NCBI GenBank assembly: GCA_001275005.1
Contig: JWZX01002777.1
Span: 1 to 61,421 of the forward strand
DNA: 61,421 bases
Source of the DNA: Chrysochromulina tobinii
Lineage: Eukaryota
Direction: 5' to 3'
A program made the position numbers and the translations under genes. Shown in pieces: positions 47,779-58,489 of the stretch (position 1 is its first letter; each line of letters opens with the position of its first letter). A model generated the notes under the pieces. It had not been told where the DNA came from and did no database searches. It saw only the letters and a list, made by a program, of their open reading frames with translations.

Positions 47779-48141
47779 CTGCTGCTGCTGTGAAACATGT
47801 GTGAAACACACAACGCGCGCGCTCTCCGGACCCCCAAGCTGACGTCGTGGCCGACACAGCCTGCTATTACACAGGCCGTTAATCGCGTTACTGTAGATGG
47901 TACCCGTATACAGCACAGTGCCACGATCAAGTTCGTTAAATTGCCCACATGGTACCGGGTAAGACGCACAGCCTATGAACAGTACCGGTAAAAAGACACC
48001 GGTGGAGCCGGGACTAACACGGGACACACACGGGGCGCACACGGGCAGTGGGATCACACTATAGACGAAACCTCACAACCATCCCATGCAACCATCCGGA
48101 ACCCACCAACGCACCCACACGCACGACCGGCACGACGACCG
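47779..48141 (-). repeat. Modular upstream element (modules 1, 2 and 3)
   Basis: 48128-48062 matches 45005-45056. 48046-47976 matches 36672-36601. 47839-47779 matches 61385-61334. Confidence 0.85.
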
Positions 48142-49819
48142 AAACCGGTACTGTAATCCTGCGTTGCGTGCCCCACCGACGCTCCGAAGCACTCCATCGG
48201 TTCCGACGCATCCCGATGACCAGACTGAGTGCATCCCGGTGACCACTGAGTCCCGGTGACCCACTGAGTGCATCCCGCTGACCACTGAGTGCATCCTGAC
48301 ATGATCTATCACTGAGTGCTCTTCTCTGACTGACTGTCTCTCTGAGTGCTACTCGCTGACTGCCTGTCTCTGAGCTCAAGGTACGCGCCGTCCCAGCAGC
48401 GCGTATTTCGCAATTGACGCAGGTATGCGTCTCGCAGTACTTATGGGTGGCGTGGCGGTGGGTGGGGTTGCGGTGAATGCTGGAGGGGCGGTACCGGTGG
48501 GTGGAGTGGCGACGGCGAAGATGGCGTGTTCGTTGCTCGGGTAAGCAGCTGTGCGAGTAGCGTCGGCCGGTTTCCGTTGTAGATCCTGAGAGCACATACA
48601 TGATCGGATGGCGTGCGCGCATCAAGTCAGAGCAAAGTGAGCGCGGCCTATGAGTGCTGCGGAGTCCATGGGGGTCACTACTCTCCGGCGGAGCCGTGCC
48701 GCATTCATCAAGCACACACCTAATAAACTTGGCATCTGTGCCAAGGTCGAGAGCTCGGACCATCCCGCCGTGGAACTTGAGCAGCGGTGTGTGGAGCGCG
48801 ATGGAGCTGAGTGGAAGATCGGTGCGGAGCATCTGATCGCGCATGCAAATCAGCTTTTTGTTGTTGTTGTGGTGGTATTTGCACAGCTGGTCGATGTGGT
48901 AGTATGAGGTTTCGTTGGAGTTCTGTAGGTAGGCGTGGTCCATCCAACTCAGATGTTGGGCATCTTCATAAAGCGCTTGGACGCGAAGGAAGCAAACATG
49001 GATGCTCCAGTACTCGACCCTGAGCTTGCCCCATGCAATCATGCCCTGCATCTCTGGCCAACGCGACAGCATCGAGAAGAGGTTGTGGTTCCTGATGCCC
49101 GATGCTACGGTGCGCGTTTGCCAGTACGTTAGGAAAATGCCATGCCACTGCGCGATCAAGGACGAGCTCTTCTGCGCCATGATAAAGTAGGAATCGACCA
49201 GGTGCGGGCCAACATCGTTCCATACGAATGCCCTCATTGACTTGCCGGCCGCCACCATCTCGTCCCACATCGTATCGAGTGCATTTTGCCTTGTAAAGAG
49301 TGTTGTGATGTCCACCCAGACCCCGCCAAACATCTTGAGCGCGGCGAGACGCACAGCATCAGACTGAAGCTGCGGCGCCATCTTCAGCCAGGTGGGTGGT
49401 AAATTGCTTGCGCCCACGATGCTCGGTGCCGTAGCCACTGACAGCAGTCGCAAGGTCCATGTTGGGTTGAATCTCCTCCAGTTATCGAGGCATCGCATTT
49501 GAAACATGGGCACGTTCTCGGTGTTCCAAAAGGCGAAGATCATGCGTGTGGGTGCTGGTAATTGAACGCAGCAGTGCGCTTCATCACAGCCGGCGTCATG
49601 CGATCGGCACTCGACACTATCAGCGCTCCATCCTCGACGACAGCAGGCGCTTTCATTCAAGTTGTGCAAACCTGGGACACCGCACACACTGGGGCAATAC
49701 GTGCGTCCAGTGCTAGAAGTACTGCTCGAGACGGGGCACCTGTCAAAGCACTCTTTGACTGGAAACTGAATTTGGCTCAGCAAAGTTGCAAAGAGTGAAA
49801 CAATGAGAGTTGCGCTCAT
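48059..49819 (-). CDS. Glycosyltransferase GT32 / capsular polysaccharide synthesis family protein; 3' end uncertain
   Basis: Signal peptide, Cys-rich module, IFAFW...CLDNWRRFNPTW and SDAVRLAALKMFGGVWVDIT. Confidence 0.85.
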   Translation of the reverse strand: MSATLIVSLFATLLSQIQFPVKECFDRCPVSSSTSSTGRTYCPSVCGVPGLHNLNESACCRRGWSADSVECRSHDAGCDEAHCCVQLPAPTRMIFAFWNTENVPMFQMRCLDNWRRFNPTWTLRLLSVATAPSIVGASNLPPTWLKMAPQLQSDAVRLAALKMFGGVWVDITTLFTRQNALDTMWDEMVAAGKSMRAFVWNDVGPHLVDSYFIMAQKSSSLIAQWHGIFLTYWQTRTVASGIRNHNLFSMLSRWPEMQGMIAWGKLRVEYWSIHVCFLRVQALYEDAQHLSWMDHAYLQNSNETSYYHIDQLCKYHHNNNKKLICMRDQMLRTDLPLSSIALHTPLLKFHGGMVRALDLGTDAKFIRCVLDECGTAPPESSDPHGLRSTHRPRSLCSDLMRARHPIMYVLSGSTTETGRRYSHSCLPEQRTRHLRRRHSTHRYRPSSIHRNPTHRHATHKYCETHTCVNCEIRAAGTARTLSSETGSQRVALRETVSQRRALSDRSCQDALSGQRDALSGSPGLSGHRDALSLVIGMRRNRWSASERRWGTQRRITVPVSVVVPVVRVGALVGSGWLHGMVVRFRL

Positions 49820-50268
49820 TGGGCTCGTCGTGCAATTGTCGTCGTGGCACCTGGCGTGGCGTCGATGAAGTGGGCAGCTCGCTTGCGTGGAAGAAGCACG
49901 ACAACAACAACAATACGCGATGGCGAACGAGGTGGCCTCGTCGCTCAGCGAAGCGGACAAGTGCTTGCCCCACGTAGGACCGGTGACGCGGCCACGCGGC
50001 TCCGGCCGCAAGTAGGTGCCGAAAGGGAGGGAGAGAGAGGTGTACCGGTAACTTCCCTTACCAAGCGACCGGTAAAAGACACCGGGGGGAGCCGGTACGC
50101 CGCTGTTCTGTGTGGTCCTGTTTTCGATTCACACACACACAGACCGGTACCTACACATTGGCAGGACCCCCTGAATTGCGGTGGGGGAATTTGTAGGGAC
50201 AAAGTGGGATTGGAATTGCAATTCACACCCGACATCCCTCTGTTTTCACTCCTCGTCGCCTTGAGAAA

Positions 50269-51324
50269 ATGTTGTCGCGCTTCATCTTTATCGTCGTGGC
50301 CTTTGCGGCCTCCGCCGAGGGCCGAATGGCGCTGTCCAGTCCGCGGCGTCCCACAGGACTACCAACTCCACAGCAGCCGCAACTGATTCTTCGCGCGCTG
50401 CGCGTCCTTCGTGGCGGCGCGGATGCCAGCCAGCAGCAAAAGCACTTTGTCGTGCGCCGTGCGGCCACTGACGGCAACAGCAGCACCGCGCCAATCTTCG
50501 TGCGCTCGCTCCGTGCCTTTTGCGACGAGCACGACCTGGACGAGGAGGCGATGGTTGCCGTGGCCAGTGGCGATGCCGAGGAGCACAATGGGTGGCTCTG
50601 CGAGGAGGCACTCGAGTACGAGGCTGAGGTGGTCACCGTTGAGGACGTTCAGGCCTCAGACGAGTCCTCAGGCGAGGCGACGTCCGACAAGGCGTCCTCA
50701 GGCGAGGTGGCGTCCGACAAGGCGGCAGCAGCGCCGGCGAAGCCCGCGATGCCGCCGATGCAGATGCACAAGATGATCTTGGGCTTCATAGCGCCGATGG
50801 CTGTCATGCGAGTGCTCAAACGGTTCGATCAAACATCGGCGAGCTACATGCTCGGGCTGCGCTGCGCCTTCTTCGGAGTGATCGCGCTCAACGTGTTCGT
50901 CCAGTTCCTGCTGCAGTGGCGCATCCGCGCCGCCAACGACACCGCGTTGATGCCGGCCGCGCCGCCCAACCCTCTGGCTTCGCTCATGGGAGGAAGCAAG
51001 CCGCCTCAGTCGAAGACGGTGGCCGAGTACGACCGCGAGCAGCTCAAGTCGCTGCGCACCTCGTATCAGTTTGGGTGCCTGCTGCAGCTCTTCCTGCACT
51101 TCCAGATGAAGCTCACCCAGCCGATGGTCTACTCGTCCATCTCGAGCCTCATCGACCTCGTCTACAACCCTCTCGTCCAGATCCACCTGCTTCGGAAGCC
51201 CGCCGAGGGGCCGAACAAGCGCCCGTTCGGCAGCGGCGCTGGGCTCGGCGCGCTCTTAAACGCGGGCGCTCCGGCCGCCGATGCCGACAGCGTGCTCGGC
51301 GGCAGCGCACCGGCGTCGAAATAG
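50269..51324 (+). CDS. Pho88/SND3-family membrane protein with N-terminal extension
   Basis: TVAEYDREQL...LHFQMKLTQP...NPLVQIHLL.KPAEG..KRPF is the Pho88 signature. The extension has a signal peptide, an LRGG motif and a NUMOD1-like segment. Confidence 0.85.
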   Translation: MLSRFIFIVVAFAASAEGRMALSSPRRPTGLPTPQQPQLILRALRVLRGGADASQQQKHFVVRRAATDGNSSTAPIFVRSLRAFCDEHDLDEEAMVAVASGDAEEHNGWLCEEALEYEAEVVTVEDVQASDESSGEATSDKASSGEVASDKAAAAPAKPAMPPMQMHKMILGFIAPMAVMRVLKRFDQTSASYMLGLRCAFFGVIALNVFVQFLLQWRIRAANDTALMPAAPPNPLASLMGGSKPPQSKTVAEYDREQLKSLRTSYQFGCLLQLFLHFQMKLTQPMVYSSISSLIDLVYNPLVQIHLLRKPAEGPNKRPFGSGAGLGALLNAGAPAADADSVLGGSAPASK

Positions 51325-51893
51325 TTGGATTTTTTGTAAGCTCAACGCTCCCCGCGGCGATGTGTCTCCGTGTCGCACGACCGTTACGGTGTGTCGAACA
51401 ACGTCGACCAAGTAAGCTTGTCATACCAATGCTTGTTTGGCGCGGGCACGCGGCGTTTTCGAATCTCGACCTAAATAAAAATTATATTGTAAACAGTGAG
51501 AGGGCGGCGGACCGTCGATTGGCGTCGTACAGGTCGTCGGACCACGGGACCGAGAAGCGAGATGCACGGTCGCGCAGCACCACCACCGAGGCCTTCGTCG
51601 GTGTGTGCGCCGCTCAGTCTGCGGGGGCGCCCCGTGACTGACTTATGACTCGGGCGGTCTCGGGGGGAGGTGGTCAGGCCTCAGGCGGAGAGGGCCAACG
51701 CCCGCGGGCGGACGGCGGGGACGCGTCCAACGAGCAGCACGTCGCAAGTACAATGATCTCCCGTCCATCTATTTGTTGAGTCCGCACCCCGGAGGCGCGA
51801 GGGCGCGATCGCGGGAGTGGCAGGACCGCGGAGGTGGTATAAAGGTGGTATGGAGGTGGACCCGTTACAGCCAGCGGCGGCAGCACGCACTGG

Positions 51894-54500
51894 TCAGCGT
51901 GGCCTCACCGAGCCACGCCCCACGAGGTTGTGACCGTTGATGGCGCCCACAGGCGCCGCTACCGGTAGTCCCAGAGCACTACTTGCATGCATCTGACCAT
52001 GGGCCAGCTGCTCCATGAGACCTTTGGCGTCGCCGCCGCCTCCGTGCTGCATCGCGAGGATCCGCTGTGAGCGTTCTGAGTTGGCCGCTGCGATGGCCGC
52101 TCGCTGCGCGCCGCGCGCGATCGCCGCCTCGAGCTGACGCGCCTGACGCATCGCGTTCTGGTTGCGCGGTGGCAGGGGCGCCGGTGCGACGCCCGTTCGG
52201 TTGGCGAGCGTGCCCATGGCGACCGCCGCGATCTCACCGGCGGCCGCCGCGATCTCACCGGCGGTCGCCAGCGCAGCAGCGCGGGCAGTGGGGGCAGTGG
52301 AGGTGCTCGAGCGGACGCGGCTGCCGTCGAGGCCGGTGGCGAGGCCATCGGCCTCATAGGGCGTTTGGGGCGGCGGCTGATGTCCCAAATTTGGATGCAG
52401 CGGCGGCTGAGGAGGCGACTGAAGAGGCGGGCGTGGCGGCGCCAAGTTTTGGGCGCGCCCCTCAATAGCGACGGGCGGTGCGACCGGACCGCCGGTGGTG
52501 GAACCCCCGGTGGTGAGACTGCCCGGAGGTGCGACACGCATCTGACGCTCGATCTGACGCTCGATCTGGCTCTCGCGAGGAGCCCCCTGCTGCCCAGCCT
52601 CGAGCGACCACGGCTCCTTTGGCGGCTTGCGGCTGACGGGACCTCGCGCCATCTTCGGGCCGAGGTGGCCTGTCGCGTGAGGCAGTATAGGATGCGCAAG
52701 CGCGGCGACGGTCGCGGCGGTCGCTCCGGCGGCGGTCGCTGCGGCGGCGGTCGCTGCGGCGGCGGCCGCAATGGCTCCGGCCGTTAAGATCACTTGTGCC
52801 GTCACCGGCGTCGTGGCCGAAGGGCTGCCGAGCTCACCGGTCTGCGCCAGTCGCGCATGCCCATGTGGAGCGAAAGCGGGCGCGCGTGCGGGCGGCGCTG
52901 CCAGGCAACCGGGCGTCAAGGAATAAGAACTCCCCTTTGGTTGGATCGCCGCCGCCGCCGCTGCTCGCGCCACAGCGATCGCACCACGCGCCTCAGCGAT
53001 AAAGTGATTGGGCGGGTCAGGGGCAAAGTCTTCACAGACGGCTTCATAGCTCCCATCGGCGCCGGTCTGCTCGACGGGGGCAGACACCCGCTGCCGGTAC
53101 GACGCGCGCTTGAGCGCAGAGCACGTGGGAGGCGCGCTACGCGTGCCGCTGCCACCACCACCGCTGCCGCAGCCACCACCGCCGCAGCCACCAGCGCCGT
53201 CGCAGGCACCGACGCCGCCATCGTGAGATGCGCTGCCCGCGAGACTGCCCATGCAGTCCTTGATGATCTGCATCTGGATGCCGCCATAGCCACCAGGGTG
53301 TGAATTCAAAGCCGAGTGTGAATTCACGCCATAGCCACCCGGGTGCAACATGCGTGAGCGCAGTGGCTGGTGGGAGGCGCTCGCATCGTAGTTGGCGTTC
53401 ACATCGGCGAACGAGGTGTGGAGCGCTGTGGCGAGCGCGGGCAGCTTCAGCGTCAAACTCGTCAAATTTGAGGCCGAATGCGATGGCGTGAGAGCGCCGC
53501 CGTGCTGGGCGCCGTGCTTAGCGGCGACGTGCTTCGCGGCGCCGGGTTGGGCGGCGCCGTGTTGGGCAGCACTCAAGCGACACGCGGCGGTTGGACTGCC
53601 GGTTCTCTCGGCCTCGTCGAGGGCGGCTGCCAGCGCAAATGCCGCCTCGTCCGCCTGGGACCGTCGCTGCCGTTGCCGCGGCACTGTGTGTGTCGGAAGA
53701 TGCATCGGCAATGGCCCGGCTGGAGGCTCGCGCGGCTCGCGCGGCGGCGCGGTAGCCTTTGGGGACGCCCCCTCCCTCCCCCTTTCTCCCCTCCCCCCCT
53801 CGCACGGCGGCGCGATGGCCTTTGGTGACGCTGTGTGCGGAGGCTCGGGCTCGGCAAACACTGTCCTTGAGCGCGCACGCAGACCAAAAGGCACCTCGGG
53901 CGCCCCGGCTGTCCGGCTGTCGGGGCTGTCTGGCTGATCGCTCTGAGCCGCTGCCACGCCATCTATCTGATTCAGAAGTGTCCGAACCGCCATCAGCTCG
54001 GACTCCGTCCAGCCGTCCTCAGCCGCCGAGGCCGCCCGCGGTTTGACGGCCGTCGCCTGCACCCAAAACGCGTACTCATCGGAGGCCTCGTCGTACCAAG
54101 GATTGCAGTACACGTCGCTCGGTGGCTGGCTGGCTCCTCCGGGCTCCTCCGCGTCTGGCTCGCCAGGCTCCGCACCTGGCTCTGCGCCTGGCTCCGGGCT
54201 CTTCCGCCTTTGTCGTGAGGGCGGCGAGCTCATTAGGCCGAGCAAGATGAGCTCTGGAGGCAGCTCCTTGTCGCATTCGGCTGAGGCGACCGCCACGGGA
54301 GGCGTGCGAATGCGTCCAGGTTCCGGAACCGCTCGGGAGCGCCTCTCGATGTCCGCACCGTCCCACGGGCTGATGAACGACTGTGGAGGCGGCACGGGTG
54401 GCTGTCCCGCCTTCGAGGACGACGGGCCTGGCCTATGGCTGGCGCCAGGTTGGGGGACTACCTCGCGCTGGCGCCAGCTTGGAGGTGGCTGCGCTAGCAT
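51894..54500 (-). CDS. Hypothetical Pro/Ala/Gly-rich disordered protein
   Basis: Uninterrupted 868-aa ORF with no recognised domain. Confidence 0.6.
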   Translation of the reverse strand: MLAQPPPSWRQREVVPQPGASHRPGPSSSKAGQPPVPPPQSFISPWDGADIERRSRAVPEPGRIRTPPVAVASAECDKELPPELILLGLMSSPPSRQRRKSPEPGAEPGAEPGEPDAEEPGGASQPPSDVYCNPWYDEASDEYAFWVQATAVKPRAASAAEDGWTESELMAVRTLLNQIDGVAAAQSDQPDSPDSRTAGAPEVPFGLRARSRTVFAEPEPPHTASPKAIAPPCEGGRGERGREGASPKATAPPREPREPPAGPLPMHLPTHTVPRQRQRRSQADEAAFALAAALDEAERTGSPTAACRLSAAQHGAAQPGAAKHVAAKHGAQHGGALTPSHSASNLTSLTLKLPALATALHTSFADVNANYDASASHQPLRSRMLHPGGYGVNSHSALNSHPGGYGGIQMQIIKDCMGSLAGSASHDGGVGACDGAGGCGGGGCGSGGGGSGTRSAPPTCSALKRASYRQRVSAPVEQTGADGSYEAVCEDFAPDPPNHFIAEARGAIAVARAAAAAAIQPKGSSYSLTPGCLAAPPARAPAFAPHGHARLAQTGELGSPSATTPVTAQVILTAGAIAAAAAATAAAATAAGATAATVAALAHPILPHATGHLGPKMARGPVSRKPPKEPWSLEAGQQGAPRESQIERQIERQMRVAPPGSLTTGGSTTGGPVAPPVAIEGRAQNLAPPRPPLQSPPQPPLHPNLGHQPPPQTPYEADGLATGLDGSRVRSSTSTAPTARAAALATAGEIAAAAGEIAAVAMGTLANRTGVAPAPLPPRNQNAMRQARQLEAAIARGAQRAAIAAANSERSQRILAMQHGGGGDAKGLMEQLAHGQMHASSALGLPVAAPVGAINGHNLVGRGSVRPR

Positions 54501-54797
54501 GGGCGGTTGCGTTCACGTTCACGTTGATTTGCCCTCTCGGCAAGCAGGTCCCGCGGAGACACAGCGCGGGGACACATTGGCGGTTGCGTGATTTGCGGTT
54601 GACCAATCTTGGAAACCAAGCTGAAAGGAAAGTCCAAGTTCTACTTGTCACCGAAGACAGGGTTGGGGAGCCGGGACACGAGTCCTCCTTTTCATTCACA
54701 GGGATTTCACAGCAGGCGCCGAAGGCCGCTCTCTCGCCCCGCCCCGGCCGCCGTTCTCGTCAAGTGGCTGGCCAACCCGAATCTCGGGCCTCCCAAG

Positions 54798-55703
54798 ATG
54801 GAGCGCTTCCCGCTACTGCCTGGGGCGCATCGGCGGTCTAGCCGGCGCACCTGCAGAACGCATCTCTTGAGTTTGCTCGGCGTCGCGCTCGCATGTGCCG
54901 CCGCCGTGTATGCACAGTGGATGCCGCTGATGCAGCTTGTGCGCTGGCTGAACCCGTCGGTGGTGTGGTTTGTGGATGTTCCGCCTGGTGTGCGAGCTGC
55001 TGCGCTGACCATCGACGACTCGCCAAGAGGTGACGGCTCTTCGACCGAGGCGATCCTCGACATGCTCAGGGAGGCAGGCGTGCGAGCCACCTTCTTTGTG
55101 ATCTCTGGGCAGGTGCGCACTGAGCGGCATCGTGCGTTGCTACGGCGAATGGTGGCCGAGGGGCACGAGCTCGCCAATCACGGCCGCGCCGAGGAGCGCG
55201 CCATCCTGCTGAGCGACGATGAGTACGCTCGGTCGCTGCGCGTCTGCGACGCCTTCCTCAGACAGTACCAGCCGGCCTTACGCTGGCACCGTCCGGGCTC
55301 GGGCTTCGTCAATGCACGCATGCTGCGCAGATCGGCTGCGCTGGGGTACACAACGGTGCTGGGCAGCGTCTTCCCACACGACCCCATCGTCAAGCGCGCG
55401 TGGCACACCGCCTTCTTCCTCGAATGGCGCACGCGGCCGGGCGCCGTAGTGATCGTTCACGACCGCGCGTACACGGCCGCGGCGCTGCGAGAGGCATTGC
55501 CGGCGATCGCAAAGCGAGGCATCTCGCTTGGCACGCTCTCGCAGATGCTCGCCAGCGCGGAGAGCGGCGTGCCGCACGTCAAGTCCACAGCAGGCTCGTC
55601 GTTCTCATCGGACCCCGGGCGACCATATGACGGGCGACAGTCGGCGTCCCTAAGGCCAAGGGGCTTTGAGCTCCATGCGGACGTGTGGAGAGCCGAAGCT
55701 TAA
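54798..55703 (+). CDS. Polysaccharide deacetylase (CE4/NodB homology)
   Basis: ALTIDDSP, RATFFV, GHELANHG, WHRPGSG and VVIVHD motifs, with an N-terminal TM. Confidence 0.92.
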   Translation: MERFPLLPGAHRRSSRRTCRTHLLSLLGVALACAAAVYAQWMPLMQLVRWLNPSVVWFVDVPPGVRAAALTIDDSPRGDGSSTEAILDMLREAGVRATFFVISGQVRTERHRALLRRMVAEGHELANHGRAEERAILLSDDEYARSLRVCDAFLRQYQPALRWHRPGSGFVNARMLRRSAALGYTTVLGSVFPHDPIVKRAWHTAFFLEWRTRPGAVVIVHDRAYTAAALREALPAIAKRGISLGTLSQMLASAESGVPHVKSTAGSSFSSDPGRPYDGRQSASLRPRGFELHADVWRAEA

Positions 55704-56117
55704 AGGTACCAAGGTAGTCCGCTCGCGCTCATTAGGGCAATTTTGTAAATGAGCCCTACATAAACCAATGACTGCCAACGCGGGCAATCGCGGCCGAAAG
55801 CCGGGCCCCGCCGCCCGCGGCCCGGCCGCCGGCCCGGCGCGGCGCGGGGCGGGTCAGGTCCGCAGTCGGGAACTCGGGTCCTACTCGGGTCCGGGCGCGG
55901 GGCTCGGGTCCCTCGCCGCTCCTGATGATGTTTTATGTATTATGCATGATTGGTCGACTGCTCTATACGCTCTACACGTACAGCTGTCGGGTGTCGCGTC
56001 ACGCGCACTGGTCCATGAACCATGCCGACGTGTCGTGTGGGCGGAACGATCGCGGATGTCCGTAGATGTGGGAACTCAACTGTATACGTGTATGGTGTGT
56101 TTCTGTTTGTCCCGGTC

Positions 56118-58267
56118 TCACGCGAATCTTGGATCGCGAAGCTGCGGCTGCGGCTGCTGCGGCGGCGGCTGTGCCAAGGGCATGCCGAGAGCCGCCGCCA
56201 GGAGGCGCCTCGCCCAGTTGCGTGGCACCACGGGCCCGCCTAGGGCGTCGGCGGAGCTCCATTGGAAGCGCGCGAACGGCCCGTCCTCGGGCGGCTTATA
56301 CGCGAGCGAGTACACCTCGACGCCATCTCGGTGCAATTCGAGAAGCAGATCGTCAAACGTCTGCAGCGCATCGGCCAGCTTGCGCTCGACAGCGTCCGTG
56401 CCAAACCAGGTCTCGCCGGTCGCCACCTTGTCAATGTCGAGCTGCGGACGCTGCTCGGCGACGAATCCCTTGAAGAGCGAGAAGATCTCGTCAATCTCCG
56501 CCTTGGTCTTGGCAACGTCCTTCGGGTCGACCTTTTTGAACGGCGTGAGTGTGCGCTTGTACTCGCCCGCAGTGACCGTCTGGAACTGCACGCCTTCCTT
56601 TTGGAGCCGCTCGTAGACGTTCGGGATCTCCGTGATCACCCCAATCGAACCGAGCACTGCAAACGGCGAGGCGACGATACGGTCGGCGACGCAGGCCATC
56701 ATGTATCCGCCAGAGGCCGCCACCTGCTCGACACAGACGGTCAGGTGGATCCCGGCCGCTTTGAGCCGCAGCAGCTGCGCCATGGCCAGGCCATACCCGG
56801 TCACCGAGCCTCCTCCCGAGATCAAGCGCAGGATTACCCGCGTCTCGGCCTTGGCAGGCGAGGGCGAGGAGCAGACTGCGGCGGTGGCGTGGATCACAGC
56901 GGTCACCTCCTCGCGGAGGGTCGCTACTTGTTGGGGCTCCGTGTCGCCCACGAAATCGAGCACAAACGCGCGCCGTCCACCGTGCAACCCCCGGCGCGCC
57001 AGCGGCACGTCCATAGGATCCCACGAAGTAGGCGCCGCCACGAGCTTCGCCAACGCCTCGCGCGCCTCCCACGCCTCCGTGCCAAGCGCCTCCGAAGCCA
57101 CACGCAGAAACGAGGCCTCGAGCGCGGCACACTCACCTGATGAGGGGAAAATCAAAAGGGCACTCAAGGGCAAGGGTACGCAAGGGTCTTCAAGGATAAT
57201 GAGGCCTCGAGCGCGGCACACTCACTCAGAGCGTCCGATAAGTCGTCCTCTGCCCGCCGCATCTCCTTCATCAGCTTGCGAACCTCCTTCTTGGAGCGCG
57301 CCCCGTCGGAGCCGTCGGGCTGCCCAGCGCCGCCCATCAGGGCGCCGGCCGACGAGCCTGCGCCCCTTGACGAGACTGCGGACTTGGGCTCGCATGCCCC
57401 CCCGAGCTCGACGGAGATACTGCGCAGATCGGCGCGGGCGGCCTGGGCAGCGGCGGCCGGCTTGGCGGCTTTGGTGCGCCACTCCTTCTCAGCCGCGGCG
57501 ATGCCGGCAAGCGCCGCCTCGCCCACGTCGCCCAGCTCGTCGGAGAAGCGTCTCGAGAGACTGCTCCTCCGCTGGGTGCGCGCGGCCTCGGTCTTCGAGA
57601 TCGTGCTCGCCTCGATCGTGTACGACATGGACGAGAGCTTGTCAGAGAGCGACTCGATGCGAATGTACTCCTTGGACGGAGCAAAGCCGGCCACACCCGA
57701 GCCGCTGCCCTTCCCGAACAGCTTCCTTAGGAGCCCGCCGCCTTTGCCGTCCAGAGCCTCGTCATCCTTCTCGTCGTCGTCGCCTCCGGCAGCCACTGCA
57801 GTGGCAGCGAGGACCACGGCCGCAGGCACGCCCCAATCGATGACACGCTCGACCAGCCGGCTGCCCGTGCTCTGCGCTGCTGGGCTTGTCATCACGCTGA
57901 GCATGCCTTGGGCCACGGCCTGGAGCGCATTCAAGGCGAGCGACGAGCCCTGTCTCAAATACAGTGGCATCACCGCCAGAATCCGCCATCCATACGCAAC
58001 GACGAGCGCCGCACTAACAGCTGTGGCAGCGAGCTTGAGAAGTATCGTTGGCTTCTGGAGGTACGTGATGAGCATCTCAGCAGCCGTGGGCGTATCCTTT
58101 GCGCCAGAGTATGCTGCCCGTTGCTCCGGAGTGCGAACGCTCATGGCCACGGGCATGGGGCGACGTGCGCGATGAATGGCTGGCCTCGTCAAAGGCATGA
58201 TCGCAGTGCGCCTCAACATAAATGCGCTGCAACATGTGGCCAAACACATGAAAAAAGGCTTCATCAT
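56118..58267 (-). CDS. S49 family serine peptidase (SohB/SppA-like), probably plastid-targeted; intron 57225-57137
   Basis: LRLISGGGSVTGYGLA, VAASGGYMMACVAD.IVASPFAVLGSIGV, TAGEYKRTLT and VATGETWFG. The N-terminus looks bipartite. Confidence 0.92.
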
Positions 58268-58379
58268 GCGCGGCGTTTGGTCTGATTCACAAAGCGACAA
58301 TAAACATGTGGCACGTGATTTGTTCGGTGATTGCGTCTCAATTAACGGCCCAAGCTTCAACATGTGATCCCATCTTCCC

Positions 58380-58413
<34 letters not shown>

Positions 58414-58489
58414 GGGTATTCGGTTGCGCTTGTTTAGATACTTGTGTTGTTTCGACTAATTAGCTTGCTTGCTTCCCAGCCTCTTATCC

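Noticed and set aside
58380..58412. (GCAA)n tract
   Set aside because: Simple intergenic microsatellite.
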